A DNA stretch of 64,000 nt, taken from positions 341,121 through 405,120 of the forward strand of contig CAWISZ010000003.1 of NCBI GenBank assembly GCA_963838955.1. The letters run 5' to 3'. Shown piece after piece: positions 39,425 through 49,116 of this stretch. The position numbers and the translations under genes are program-made. The notes beneath the pieces are model-generated. The model did no database searches and had not been told where the DNA came from. It worked only from the letters and a program-made list of their open reading frames with translations. This DNA is from an uncultured Thermoplasmata archaeon (GTDB lineage: Archaea; Thermoplasmatota; Thermoplasmata; Lutacidiplasmatales; UBA184). Numbering within the stretch: the stretch's first letter is position 1; each line of letters starts with the position of its first letter.

Positions 39425-40926
39425 ACAACCTCCCGCAGGGCCTTCTCCTCGAGAGCGAGGGAAGGGCGCGCGTCCCAGAACGCTCCGAAGCTCTCGGCGG
39501 CCTGATAGACGAGGAGCCGAGCGCCGTCCTCGTAGCGACCGCCGTAGTGGGTCGTCATTTCTCCCAGGAACGGCCGATCCGGCCGATAAACAAAATCCAG
39601 GACATAGGTGCCCGAGCCGCATCGCTCGGTCCACGGGACGTCGAGCGAAGGAACCCCGGACCGCCCGGCGGGGGTCGCATGAACGATGAGCGACGCCGGA
39701 GCCGACGAGATTCGGGATACTTCCACGCCGAACTCTCGCGCAAGGCGGGCGACGTGGCTGGCCGATCGGCCCAGGATCTCGGCACTCGCCCCGAGCTCGG
39801 ATGCGGCGACGAGGGTGGCGCGGGCCGCACCTCCCGTCCCGATCACGAGGAGCCGGTCGTCGCTCCAGGCGCCGGATTCCCGCAGCTCGCCCAGGCGACG
39901 GACCGTAGCGCTCACATCGAAGTTCTCCGCCCGCCAGACCCGATCGGTGCGCACCAGGACGTTTGCGCAGCCGGCCCGCTCGGCCGCGGGTCCGCATCGG
40001 TCGGCGAGACGCAGCGCGGCGTCCTTCCACGGATGGGTGACGTTCATGCCGAGGAGCCCGTCCTCCCCGAGCGGACGGAGCACGTGTGCCAGCTCTTCCT
40101 CGGACTCGATGTCGAGGGCAAGGTACAGGCCCGGCTTCCCTTCCTCCGACATCCATAGCGTATGCACGGCGGGCGATAGGGAGTGGCCGATCGGGTGACC
40201 CGCGACCGCGAACAGCCGACCGAACTCGCCCGCATCGTAGAACCTTCGAAGTCGGTCCACGGGGAGCTGGGACGGCTCCACTGCGGACTCTCCGCGAAGG
40301 CGCAGGTCCCGGCTCGGAGGCGCCGCAAACACGGCCGCGAATCCAAAGCGCGGAGCCAATGCTCGGATCAGAGATCCCGAAGCGCCGGTCGTCAGGACGA
40401 TCTCCGGGCGGATGCTGCCTCCGGAGCGGAGAAGCGGACGGACCTCTCGGTAGAAGCGGCCCACTCCGCAGGGTAGTACCACTTTGACGATAGCTCCCCG
40501 AGGCTGGTGACCGGAGAGGAGCTCGGAGACCTTCTCGGCGGTGTCGTTGGCCCGGAGATGGCAGGAGAGGATCAAGGTCGGGCGTTGCGGTCGTGCTCCA
40601 ACGCTCGCGATCAGGGCACGGTCGCGTCGCAGCTCGAGGTCGAGGTACGCGAACGGCAGATCGGCCAGCGCGCTCAGGATCTTCGTCCGATCGCGAAGAT
40701 CATCGAGCCCTGCGCCTCCTTCCGCGGTGGAACGGTACGTGGCGAGCAGGGGCAGCGGACTGGGGAACAGCTCGGCCGCACGTCGGAGATCCTCCCGGGC
40801 CCATCGATCGAAGCGGATCTCGACCGCACCGGCCCCGTGCGGGACGAGCTCGGCCACCTCCGCGCGCGTCGCCTCCAGGGTTCGGGAGGGGATCGTCACG
40901 ATCACGAGCGGGAGGCTCTCCGTCAT
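39412..40926 (-). CDS. Type I 3-dehydroquinate dehydratase fused to shikimate dehydrogenase
   Basis: N-half EIRFD, TYRSTAEGG, DLE, SCH; C-half GHPIGHSLSP, NVTHPWK, GTGGAARA. Confidence 0.85.
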   Translation of the reverse strand: MTESLPLVIVTIPSRTLEATRAEVAELVPHGAGAVEIRFDRWAREDLRRAAELFPSPLPLLATYRSTAEGGAGLDDLRDRTKILSALADLPFAYLDLELRRDRALIASVGARPQRPTLILSCHLRANDTAEKVSELLSGHQPRGAIVKVVLPCGVGRFYREVRPLLRSGGSIRPEIVLTTGASGSLIRALAPRFGFAAVFAAPPSRDLRLRGESAVEPSQLPVDRLRRFYDAGEFGRLFAVAGHPIGHSLSPAVHTLWMSEEGKPGLYLALDIESEEELAHVLRPLGEDGLLGMNVTHPWKDAALRLADRCGPAAERAGCANVLVRTDRVWRAENFDVSATVRRLGELRESGAWSDDRLLVIGTGGAARATLVAASELGASAEILGRSASHVARLAREFGVEVSRISSAPASLIVHATPAGRSGVPSLDVPWTERCGSGTYVLDFVYRPDRPFLGEMTTHYGGRYEDGARLLVYQAAESFGAFWDARPSLALEEKALREVVCAA

Positions 40927-41954
40927 CGTTCCTCGATCGTCTCCGATACGGCCACACCGAGATGGCGGCCCGCGGCGAGCGAGACGCCGTACACCTCGGT
41001 TCCGATCCGAAGGTCGGTCGTAGCGACCCGTCCTTCCGGAGTCGTCAGTCGAACGGTCTCCGCCTCTTGGAGGAAGATCGTGAACGTTCGGCCGCCCCGC
41101 TCGACCTCGATGAGCACGAAAGGGCGGCGTTCGATCTTGATGCGACCGACGCGGGCCGAACGCGACGAGCCGTCCGGGCTCGCCACGAGCACCGCATCCC
41201 CCGCGACGAGCTCGCTGAGGTACCGAGTCTCTCCGTTGGCGAGCAAGGTGTAGGAGTGGGCCGCACCGGCGTTGACGCGGAAGGGCCGCGGTCGGGTGTA
41301 CCGGGATCCGATCGCCTCGCTCGCGACGTGAAGCAGGAAGGCGGCGGCGCTCCCCACCAGAAGCCCCTCCTCCGGCCGGAGGAGCGAGGTCGTATCGACG
41401 ATGACACGATCGCCGCCTCCGACGGGGATGATTCGACGGATCGGGACGCGTTCGAGGCTCAGGGGTATCCCTCGCCTCTCGAGCACCGCTTCCACCGCAT
41501 CGATCGATTCGGGCGAATCGAGCTCGACCACGATGGAGTCGGCCCCATGTTCGAGCGCGCCCAAGAATCCGGGAATCTCCTCGGTCCTCCGGGTCACGAC
41601 CCAGAGCGTGCCCGGTCGAGAACGTGCGGCCACGAGATTCTCCAGAGGGATGACGCGCTCCTGGCTCCAGCGCACCGCCACCGATTTCCCCATGCGCAGG
41701 GGGCCGAGGACGGCGTCCATATCGGCAGGGACCGACACCGGGACGATGGGAATCTCCTCGCGGCTCGGGGCGGGCCCGACGATCCGATCCCCGACCCGTG
41801 AGTAGAGCTGCCGACCGGCCGCCAACTCGATTGCAACGCTGGCCGTCGGAACGAGGAAGCGGTGGAATCCGCGTCGCTCGGCCCGCTCGACGAACGCGTG
41901 GACCGTCGTAGCCTCGGTCGCGGTCGGGCAGAGGACGAGCCGGTCGATCGTCAT
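40923..41954 (-). CDS. 3-dehydroquinate synthase II (AroB')
   Basis: IPLENL, GDRVIVDT, RPFRVNAGA, VGRIKIERRP. Confidence 0.95.
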   Translation of the reverse strand: MTIDRLVLCPTATEATTVHAFVERAERRGFHRFLVPTASVAIELAAGRQLYSRVGDRIVGPAPSREEIPIVPVSVPADMDAVLGPLRMGKSVAVRWSQERVIPLENLVAARSRPGTLWVVTRRTEEIPGFLGALEHGADSIVVELDSPESIDAVEAVLERRGIPLSLERVPIRRIIPVGGGDRVIVDTTSLLRPEEGLLVGSAAAFLLHVASEAIGSRYTRPRPFRVNAGAAHSYTLLANGETRYLSELVAGDAVLVASPDGSSRSARVGRIKIERRPFVLIEVERGGRTFTIFLQEAETVRLTTPEGRVATTDLRIGTEVYGVSLAAGRHLGVAVSETIEER

Positions 41955-41959
41955 GGGAT

Positions 41960-42712
41960 CTACGCCGCACCGTGAAGGATCTCGGCGATCGGCCGTGCGA
42001 TGGCGGAGACGGGCTTGCGCTGGAACAGGTTGCGGCCGATACAGATTCCCGCGGCGCCGACGCTCACGGTTTCGTGGACAAGGCGCAGGAACTCCGAGTC
42101 GTTATCGAGACGGGCCCCCCCACCGAGGAGCAACGGTACCGGGGTCGTTCGGACGAGGCGCTTGTACTCCTCGAGCGAGCCGGGGTACCCCGTCTTGACA
42201 ATGTCGGCCCCGGTATCGGCAGCCGCGCGACAGGCATGTCGGATCTCGTCGGGCGTCCCCCCGTTGGGTTTCTTGACGTAGGTCATGCACATTAGCGGCA
42301 AGCCGATCGTTCGGCACTGGTCGGCCGCGATCCCGAGCGAGCGCAACATCTCGCCCTCTTCCGCGACCCCAAAATTCACCTGGATCGACAGGAGATCCGC
42401 ACCGAGCGCGACCGCCTCTTCCGCGGTGCCGACGAGGACCTTAAGATTCGAGTTCGGGGCGAGGCTCGTCGATGCCGACATATGGATGCCAAGAAGAGTG
42501 CGGGGCGCGAGCACCGGGACGAGGGGTCCGACGGCGCCTTTGGTGACCACGACCATGTCGACGCCGGAGTCCTGGAGCTCCCGCACGAGCGCCGGGGCGT
42601 CCTCGAGCCCGTCGATCGGGCCCATAGAGACCGAGTGGTCGAGCGGGACCGAGAACAGGTGCCGGTGTTTGTTCGGGAAGATCCTGCGCAGTCGGATCGT
42701 TTTTCCGTACAC
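41960..42712 (-). CDS. 2-amino-3,7-dideoxy-D-threo-hept-6-ulosonate synthase (AroA')
   Basis: PLDHSVSMGP, GADIVKT, GRNLFQ class I aldolase motifs; GTG start after SD GGAGGAGG; upstream of aroB'. Confidence 0.9.
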   Translation of the reverse strand: MYGKTIRLRRIFPNKHRHLFSVPLDHSVSMGPIDGLEDAPALVRELQDSGVDMVVVTKGAVGPLVPVLAPRTLLGIHMSASTSLAPNSNLKVLVGTAEEAVALGADLLSIQVNFGVAEEGEMLRSLGIAADQCRTIGLPLMCMTYVKKPNGGTPDEIRHACRAAADTGADIVKTGYPGSLEEYKRLVRTTPVPLLLGGGARLDNDSEFLRLVHETVSVGAAGICIGRNLFQRKPVSAIARPIAEILHGAA

Positions 42713-42717
42713 TTTTT

Positions 42718-42810
42718 CCTCCTCCAACGTTTGGTGTGGTGAGGGAAGCTCCGGAGGCCGAACCACTCTCGGGTTCAACAAAAGTGGGACGCGCCGTCCG
42801 AGCGCTTCCC
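42718..42810 (-). promoter_or_regulatory. Putative attenuator RNA with mutually exclusive hairpins, a U-rich tract and an anti-SD segment
   Basis: GGGAAGCGC pairs either with GCGCGUCCC (followed by ACUUUUGUUG) or with GCUUCCC at 42749-42743; CUUCCCUC can also pair with SD GGAGGAGG. Confidence 0.55.
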
Positions 42811-42812
42811 GG

Positions 42813-42884
42813 TCACCAGAGCCAGATACTGACCGTCCCCGTCGGGACCTCGGCTCGCTCTTCGCCGCTCCGCTGGCCGATCAT
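42813..42884 (-). CDS. Putative Trp leader peptide MIGQRSGEERAEVPTGTVSIWLW
   Basis: 23-codon ORF ending TGG-CTC-TGG-TGA directly upstream of the aro-trp operon; ATG ~25-30 nt downstream of a TATA-like box. Confidence 0.6.
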   Translation of the reverse strand: MIGQRSGEERAEVPTGTVSIWLW

Positions 42885-42906
42885 CGAATTCCCCACGGAG
42901 ACCCCC

Positions 42907-42914
42907 GTATTTAG
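42907..42914 (-). promoter_or_regulatory. TATA-like box (CTAAATAC) for the leader and aro-trp operon
   Basis: Most TATA-like box between the upstream gene and the leader; spacing places the TSS near the leader ATG. Confidence 0.55.
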
Positions 42915-42946
42915 CATTGAGCGGGCCCGCTTTCCCCCGTGGGCGC

Positions 42947-43606
42947 TCAGCCGTACGTGAGGTAGGATACTGCCAGCAGGCCGATCCCGACCGCGGCGGG
43001 GACGACGGCCCATGCCCAGCGGTTGCCCTGGACCGCCTGACCGATCCGTGCACCGTACCAGAACAGCCAGCCGATCCCGAGGGCGTTCGAGACGTACCAG
43101 GCTACGAGCTTGTCCGGGATCACGAGGAACGGGAGCGCAAGCAGCGCCGCGACGACCAGATAGATGAAGATGATCGCGACCCAGCCACGACCTTCCTCGT
43201 AGGTGATAGTCCGCGCCGGGATGACGGTGGCTTCGGGCGGGTGCGCGAGAATGGTCGCGGTGATCGTCGCCTTCGCCTCGGCGGAAAAGTGCGTGAGGAA
43301 GGTGTCGTCCAATAGGTCGCGGACTTCGGAGGAGATCGCGGGCCGTTCCTTCCCCTGTTTGAGCTGCTCGACGATTCGCGCGTCCCGACCACGATCGATC
43401 GCGCTCGACGTGGCGTAAATGAACCCGTCGATGAGGCCCCAAGCGAGGCAGGCGAGGACGTCGACCCGGACGATGTACCAGAATCCGCTGCTCAGGTTCC
43501 CGAGCGCGACGTATCCGTTGATGATCACGACCATGATCACCGCGAAGGCGACCTCGGCCGAGCCGTCGGTGCTGCTCAGGAACTGAGGAAACCAGCGTTG
43601 GGCCAT
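42947..43606 (-). CDS. Membrane protein, VIT1/CCC1-like
   Basis: Two N-terminal and three C-terminal TM helices around a soluble loop; AWGLIDG motif. Confidence 0.55.
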   Translation of the reverse strand: MAQRWFPQFLSSTDGSAEVAFAVIMVVIINGYVALGNLSSGFWYIVRVDVLACLAWGLIDGFIYATSSAIDRGRDARIVEQLKQGKERPAISSEVRDLLDDTFLTHFSAEAKATITATILAHPPEATVIPARTITYEEGRGWVAIIFIYLVVAALLALPFLVIPDKLVAWYVSNALGIGWLFWYGARIGQAVQGNRWAWAVVPAAVGIGLLAVSYLTYG

Positions 43607-43937
43607 CTGCGAGGCAAGAGGAGCCCTGCCTCCCCATAGGCTTGTGCTGGGACAGTCCGTCCGCCTCGTACGATGGAATCCAGAGCGCCCCGGCCCGGAG
43701 GCTCAGGGTCCTGCCGTGCCCATTCGGCGTTCCAGCGCCACCAATCGAGGAGCGAACGTCGCCGGGTACGCCGTCCCGACGTTGGGCGTGCTCGGTGGGT
43801 ACCGGTGCTTGGGAAGCCCGTCGGCATCGCATAGATCCGGGAATCGGTCGGGATCGAGGCGGGGTTGTTCCGGGTCCAGCACGACCGGCGGCTCCCGGTG
43901 CCATCGAGGCCTGAAGGGCACCGCTGAGACTGGTTGG

Positions 43938-43948
43938 ATTTATATAAT
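43938..43948 (+). promoter_or_regulatory. TATA box of dnaK (TTTATATAAT)
   Basis: Strong TATA consensus ~70 nt upstream of the ATG. Confidence 0.65.
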
Positions 43949-44012
43949 AGCGCTAACATTCTATTGCCGATAACCTGGGGACGCTTCCCGAGGGCCATCA
44001 AAGGGGTACACT

Positions 44013-45908
44013 ATGTCAAAAATCATTGGAATCGATCTAGGGACGAGCAACTCGGCGGCCTCCATGTTGGAAGGCGGGCGGCCCGCGATCATCCCGAGCG
44101 CCGAGGGCACGACCGTCGGCGGTGGGAAGGCATTCCCTTCCTACGTCGCCTTCGCCAAGGACGGTCAGCTGATCGTCGGCGAGCCGGCGCGCCGTCAGGC
44201 GATCTCGAACCCCGAGGGTACGGTCACCGCTTTCAAGCGAAAGATGGGGACCGATTTCAAGTACCGACTCCAGGGGAAGGAGTACACTCCGCAGCAGCTC
44301 TCCGGGTTCCTGCTCCAAAAGATCAAGCGGGACGCGGAGGCCTTCATCGGAGAGAAGGTCGACAAGGCGGTCATCACCGTCCCGGCCTACTTCAACGACA
44401 ACCAGCGCCAAGCGACGAAGGACGCCGGTGCCATCGCCGGCCTCGAGGTCGTCCGTATCATCAACGAGCCTACGGCCGCGAGCCTCGCCTACGGACTCGA
44501 CAAGAGCGGCAAGAGCCAGAAGATTCTCGTCTTCGACCTCGGCGGCGGGACCCTCGATGTCACGATCATGGACTTCGGAGATGGAGTCTTCGAAGTCGTC
44601 TCCACGAGCGGCGATACCCAGCTCGGTGGGACCGACATGGACACGGCGATCACCGACTGGATCGCGGTGGAGTTCCGCAAAGAGAGCGGGATCGACATTC
44701 GCTCGGACAAGATGGCGGTCCAGCGGGTACGCGATGCGGCGGAGAAGGCCAAGATCGAGCTCTCTTCGACGTTGGACACCCAGATCAATCTGCCCTTCCT
44801 GACCGCGACCCACGAGGGCCCGAAGCACCTCGCCCTTCAGTTGACCCGCGCCAAGCTCGAAGAGCTCGTGCGCAACATCATCGCCCGATGCAAGCCCCCG
44901 GTCGAACAAGCACTCAAGGACGCGAAGCTGACGAAGGATCAGATCGATCGCATCGTCCTGGTCGGCGGTCCAACCCGCATGCCGGTGGTCCAGAGGTTCT
45001 TGGAAACCGAGCTGGGCCGACCGATCGAGCGGGGAGTCGACCCGATGGAGTGCGTCGCGACGGGTGCCGCGATCCAGGGCGGCGTGCTCGCCGGCGAGGT
45101 CAAGGATGTGCTGCTGCTCGACGTGACCCCGCTCTCGCTCGGCGTGGAGACCCTTGGGGGTGTGTTCACCCGACTGATCGAGCGGAACACGACGATCCCC
45201 ACCCGGAAAGCCCAGGTGTTCAGCACGGCGGCCGATAACCAGTCGACGGTCGAGATCAAGGTCTTCCAAGGTGAGCGACCGATGAGCGAGGACAACGTCC
45301 CGCTCGGACGATTCCTGTTGACGGGGATCCCACCTGCGCCTCGGGGGGTCCCTCAGGTCGAGGTCACGTTCGACATCGACGCGAACGGACTCGTAAACGT
45401 CTCCGCGAAGGACCTCGCGAGCGGCCGCCAGCAAGGGATCACGATCAGCGCCGCGAACAAGCTGAGCAAGGACGACATCGAAAAGATGGTCAAACAGGCC
45501 GAGCAGTTCGCGACCAAGGACCGCGAACGCGCGGAGAGCGTCGAGGCGCGCAACCGTGCCGAATCGCTCGCCTACGAGGCTGAGCGACTTCTCGAAGAGC
45601 AGAAGGCGAAGGTTCCCGAGCCCGAGGCCGCCGAGCTCCGCGGGAAGATCACCGCCCTGCGCGGGGCCTTGAAAGCGACGGAGACCCCGGTCGCGCGGGT
45701 GCGGGAACTGACGGAGGAGCTCGTACGAGCGCTGCACGCTGTATCCCAGAAGCTGTACCAGGCCGCGTCTCCCCCGCCACCTCCGACCGAGCCCGCCGGC
45801 CCGAGCGCGACGCCCCCCCCGCCCGAAGAACCCTCATCGAACGGCCCCGTAGATGCGGACTTCAAGGTCGTCGACGACGACAAGGGCAACAGCCCGGGCT
45901 CCGCGTAG
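44013..45908 (+). CDS. dnaK: Chaperone DnaK (Hsp70)
   Basis: [39 protein letters not shown]. Confidence 0.98.
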   Translation: MSKIIGIDLGTSNSAASMLEGGRPAIIPSAEGTTVGGGKAFPSYVAFAKDGQLIVGEPARRQAISNPEGTVTAFKRKMGTDFKYRLQGKEYTPQQLSGFLLQKIKRDAEAFIGEKVDKAVITVPAYFNDNQRQATKDAGAIAGLEVVRIINEPTAASLAYGLDKSGKSQKILVFDLGGGTLDVTIMDFGDGVFEVVSTSGDTQLGGTDMDTAITDWIAVEFRKESGIDIRSDKMAVQRVRDAAEKAKIELSSTLDTQINLPFLTATHEGPKHLALQLTRAKLEELVRNIIARCKPPVEQALKDAKLTKDQIDRIVLVGGPTRMPVVQRFLETELGRPIERGVDPMECVATGAAIQGGVLAGEVKDVLLLDVTPLSLGVETLGGVFTRLIERNTTIPTRKAQVFSTAADNQSTVEIKVFQGERPMSEDNVPLGRFLLTGIPPAPRGVPQVEVTFDIDANGLVNVSAKDLASGRQQGITISAANKLSKDDIEKMVKQAEQFATKDRERAESVEARNRAESLAYEAERLLEEQKAKVPEPEAAELRGKITALRGALKATETPVARVRELTEELVRALHAVSQKLYQAASPPPPPTEPAGPSATPPPPEEPSSNGPVDADFKVVDDDKGNSPGSA

Positions 45909-45933
45909 GCCGAGAGGACCGGGCCAGGGGCTG

Positions 45934-47064
45934 CTAGCCCGTTTCCCGCGGGCGCGGCCAGGTCCGGCCGCTCGCAGGTCCCTCGTATCGCACGTCGGGC
46001 CGGATCACCCGGTTGTCCGAGGCCTGTTCGAGCGCGTGGGCGACCCAACCGGCCGTTCGCGCGAGCCCGAAGGTCGGGGTCATGCAATCGCGCGGGATCC
46101 CGACCGCCTCGAGCACGACTGCGCTGTAGTACTCCACGTTCGTGTAGATGCGCGACCCCGGCCTCGCCCGGTGGAGCGCCTCGAGCGCACACCGCTCCAC
46201 CGTCTCTGCGAGCCGGAGGCGTGCCGGATCCGCGACGTCCCGAGCGAGCTGGTGGAGCAGTACCGCCCGGGGGTCCTCGACTTTGTAGACACGGTGACCG
46301 AACCCGTACAGGAGGCGCCGGTTCGCGAGTTGCTCCGCGACGTACGCTTCCGCGCGATCCGGCGTGCCCGCGGCGTCCAGCATCTCGACGACGAGGCTCG
46401 GTGCGCCGCCGTGCAGCGGTCCCTTGAGGACGGAGAGCGCGGCGGTCGCGGCGCTGATGAGGTCGGTCTGGGTCGATATCCCGATCGTGAGCGCGAACGT
46501 CGACGGGTTCATCCCATGGTCCGCGAGGAGATCGAAGTAGCCGGTCAGCGCGCGGACGTGGGAGGGAATCGGATCCCCTCCGTGCAGCATGGCGAGGTAG
46601 TTCGCGACCTGACCGAGTCCGGGTCGAGGGTCGATCGGCTCCGCGCCCCGCGAGCGGCGTAGATATCGCGCGAGGAGGACGGGAAGCCGGGCGATGAGCT
46701 CGTACCCTTGCTCGAGCGTCGGTGGGTACCCGTAGCTCCCATCTCCCATCATCGAGAGGAGCGTTCGCATCGCCTCGAGCGGGGGCTTGCCGGCCGGGAG
46801 CGCGTCGGCCGCCTCGGCGAGCGTCGGAGACAGGGTGCGGGCCGCCTCGAGCGCCCTCGAGATCCGTCGCGAGGGGTCCTCCGAGGGAGGATCGCCGAAC
46901 AAGAGAAGATGGACGACGGACTCGTACGGCGTTCCCGGCACGAGTTCCCGCACGTTGAAGCCGCGGTAGACGAGCGTCCCCGTTTCGCCACCGACGTCGC
47001 TGATCCGGCTCGAGCCGACGACCACTCCGGCGAGGCCCTTCGCTGCCGTGACGCTCTCGGGCAT
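45934..47064 (-). CDS. Citrate/2-methylcitrate synthase
   Basis: LADHGMNPST, GPLHGGA, GFGHRVYK.EDPR, NVEYY. Confidence 0.93.
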   Translation of the reverse strand: MPESVTAAKGLAGVVVGSSRISDVGGETGTLVYRGFNVRELVPGTPYESVVHLLLFGDPPSEDPSRRISRALEAARTLSPTLAEAADALPAGKPPLEAMRTLLSMMGDGSYGYPPTLEQGYELIARLPVLLARYLRRSRGAEPIDPRPGLGQVANYLAMLHGGDPIPSHVRALTGYFDLLADHGMNPSTFALTIGISTQTDLISAATAALSVLKGPLHGGAPSLVVEMLDAAGTPDRAEAYVAEQLANRRLLYGFGHRVYKVEDPRAVLLHQLARDVADPARLRLAETVERCALEALHRARPGSRIYTNVEYYSAVVLEAVGIPRDCMTPTFGLARTAGWVAHALEQASDNRVIRPDVRYEGPASGRTWPRPRETG

Positions 47065-47150
47065 GCGGCGCGACGGAGGAACGCGGAGATATCGCTTTGC
47101 CGGGGCGCGTTCCGGGAAAGGTTAAGGAAGCGCCCCCACTCCTGTCAGCG

Positions 47151-47393
47151 ATGGCGACCGGTCCGACCCGTGTTCTCGAACAGGCGCTCCACCAGCGCGT
47201 CTCGCTCGTCCTGAAGGACGGGCGCACGATCTCCGGGGAGCTCCTCGGCATCGACGAGCACCTCAACCTCGTTCTCGACCACTCCGAGGAGACGACCCCC
47301 GAGCGGACTCGTCGCCTCGGTCGCCTCATCGTTCGCGGCTCCAGCGTCACGAGCCTGTACGCGCCGGGCCGAATGCCGGCGAAAGCACCGTGA
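47151..47393 (+). CDS. Sm-like archaeal protein (Lsm)
   Basis: LKDGR.ISGEL.GIDEHLNLVL, IVRGSSV; GTTAAG box ~30 nt upstream. Confidence 0.92.
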   Translation: MATGPTRVLEQALHQRVSLVLKDGRTISGELLGIDEHLNLVLDHSEETTPERTRRLGRLIVRGSSVTSLYAPGRMPAKAP

Positions 47394-48097
47394 GCGCGGT
47401 ACCCCCCGCGAACGATCGGGACCGCGCTCGTCTCCGTTCGAAAGGAGAGGAGCTCGCCGTCCTCAAGCAGCTCGCGCTCGCCGGCGCCGATCGCGCCCTG
47501 CTCGAATTGACCTCGCGTGAGGTCGGCGAGAAGATCGGGGCGAGCCAGCAGGCCGCGGACCGCTACCTCGTCGCGCTGGAGAAGAGGGGGTATCTCACCC
47601 GGACTTTCGTGGGCCGGCGCCCCAAGCTCGCGCTGACGGCCACGGGGATCGACGCGCTGCGCGCGGAGTATCACACGTACCACCGCATCTTCGACGGCCC
47701 GGCACGCATCTCCTTCCGGGGAGTCGTCACCTCCGGTCTCGGCGAAGGGCGCTACTATCTCTCACAGCCCGGATACGCTCAGCAGTTCCCCTCCCGCCTC
47801 GGATACGGCCCGTTTCCCGGCACCCTCAACGTTCGGATCGAGGCCGGGGCACGCCGCCAGATCGGGCTCGTGCGCCACTGGGCCGGGATCCGGATCGATG
47901 GCTTCCAAGCGGGGGACCGTACCTTCGGCGGGGCGACCTGCTACGTGGCCCGGCTCAATGACCATCCCTGCCACCTCATCCGACCGGATCGAACCCACTA
48001 CGAAGATGTCGTCGAATTCGTCGCCCCCGACTCCCTTCGAGAGACGCTGCACCTGGTGGATGCGATGGATGTCGGCGTCGAGGTCGAGGAATCGTGA
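47390..48097 (+). CDS. ribK: CTP-dependent riboflavin kinase with N-terminal wHTH (RbkR-like)
   Basis: SQQAADRYL HTH; SGLGEGRYY, PFPGTLNV, RTFG. Confidence 0.92.
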   Translation: MSAVPPANDRDRARLRSKGEELAVLKQLALAGADRALLELTSREVGEKIGASQQAADRYLVALEKRGYLTRTFVGRRPKLALTATGIDALRAEYHTYHRIFDGPARISFRGVVTSGLGEGRYYLSQPGYAQQFPSRLGYGPFPGTLNVRIEAGARRQIGLVRHWAGIRIDGFQAGDRTFGGATCYVARLNDHPCHLIRPDRTHYEDVVEFVAPDSLRETLHLVDAMDVGVEVEES

Positions 48098-49116
48098 GCG
48101 CCCGATCGATCGCCCGCTCGGTCGCCAACGAGCGCCGGCCGGCACCCGCCGAGCCCGATGCCGCGCGCCGATTCGTCAACCAATGGGCGGAGGCGGAGGC
48201 CCTCGCCGGGGAGGAGGTCCGCGCGTTCGTGCTGATCCTGAGGACGCGCGGCTGCTACTGGGCGGACGTCAAGGGCTGCTCGATGTGCGGCTACGCGAAG
48301 GATACGCTCGGTCGCTCGGCCACCCCGGACGAGCTCGCCCATCAGCTCGAGGATGCGATCGGCCGCTATCGCGACGAGCCGTACGTCAAGGTCTACACCT
48401 CGGGGAGTTTCCTCGACGATCGCGAGGTCGACCCCGAGAGCCGCCGCCGGATCGTGGGCGCGTTCGCGGGCCGGGCCCGTCGGTTCTTGTTCGAGACGCT
48501 CCCCGAGTTCGCGACCCCGGAGGTGCTCGCCCCGCTCGCCGAGGTCTTCCCCGGGGAGATCGAGGCGGCGCTCGGCCTGGAGAGCGCCAACGCGGACGTC
48601 CTCTCCCGACTCATCAACAAGGGCTCCTCGCCCGAGGAGTACTTCGCCGCCGCGGACCGCGTGCGGATCGCGGGGATGAAGGCGAAGGCGTACCTGCTCC
48701 TCAAGCCGCCGTACCTCGGAGAAGGAGAAGCCATCGCCGATGTGGTCGCGTCGGTCGGGGCCGCCCAGGCGCATTTCGACGCTCTGTCCATCAACCCGGT
48801 CCACATCCAGAACGGCACCGTGGTCGAGTGGCTCTACCACCGCCGGCGCTACCGGCCTCCTTGGCTGTGGAGCGTGGTCGAGTCGATGGCCGAGGGAGCG
48901 GCGCAGCGCGGTGTGGCCCGTCTCCTTTCGTTCCCGACGGCGGGCGGTCTCGCCCGCGGGCCCCACAACTGCGGTCGATGCGATCGACGGGTGCTCGCGG
49001 CGATTCAGCGCGCCTCGCTCACGCAGGAGTTCGATCCCTTGCGCGAGCTCGACTGCGCGTGCCGAACGAACTGGGAGACCGTCCGCTCCCTCGAACCGAT
49101 CGGGGTCGAGGCGTGA
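48094..49116 (+). CDS. Archaeosine biosynthesis radical SAM protein RaSEA
   Basis: LRTRGCYW...GCSMCGY, YTSGSFLD, YLLLKPP, YRPPWLWS, RGPHNCG. Confidence 0.9.
   Translation: MSARSIARSVANERRPAPAEPDAARRFVNQWAEAEALAGEEVRAFVLILRTRGCYWADVKGCSMCGYAKDTLGRSATPDELAHQLEDAIGRYRDEPYVKVYTSGSFLDDREVDPESRRRIVGAFAGRARRFLFETLPEFATPEVLAPLAEVFPGEIEAALGLESANADVLSRLINKGSSPEEYFAAADRVRIAGMKAKAYLLLKPPYLGEGEAIADVVASVGAAQAHFDALSINPVHIQNGTVVEWLYHRRRYRPPWLWSVVESMAEGAAQRGVARLLSFPTAGGLARGPHNCGRCDRRVLAAIQRASLTQEFDPLRELDCACRTNWETVRSLEPIGVEA

Noticed and set aside
43610..43930. Small gene or ncRNA between the VIT-like gene and dnaK
   Set aside because: No convincing protein motif, tRNA fold or recognisable RNA structure
43947..43975. 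CIRCE-like operator upstream of dnaK
   Set aside because: Only weak similarity to TTAGCACTC-N9-GAGTGCTAA; the right arm is largely mismatched
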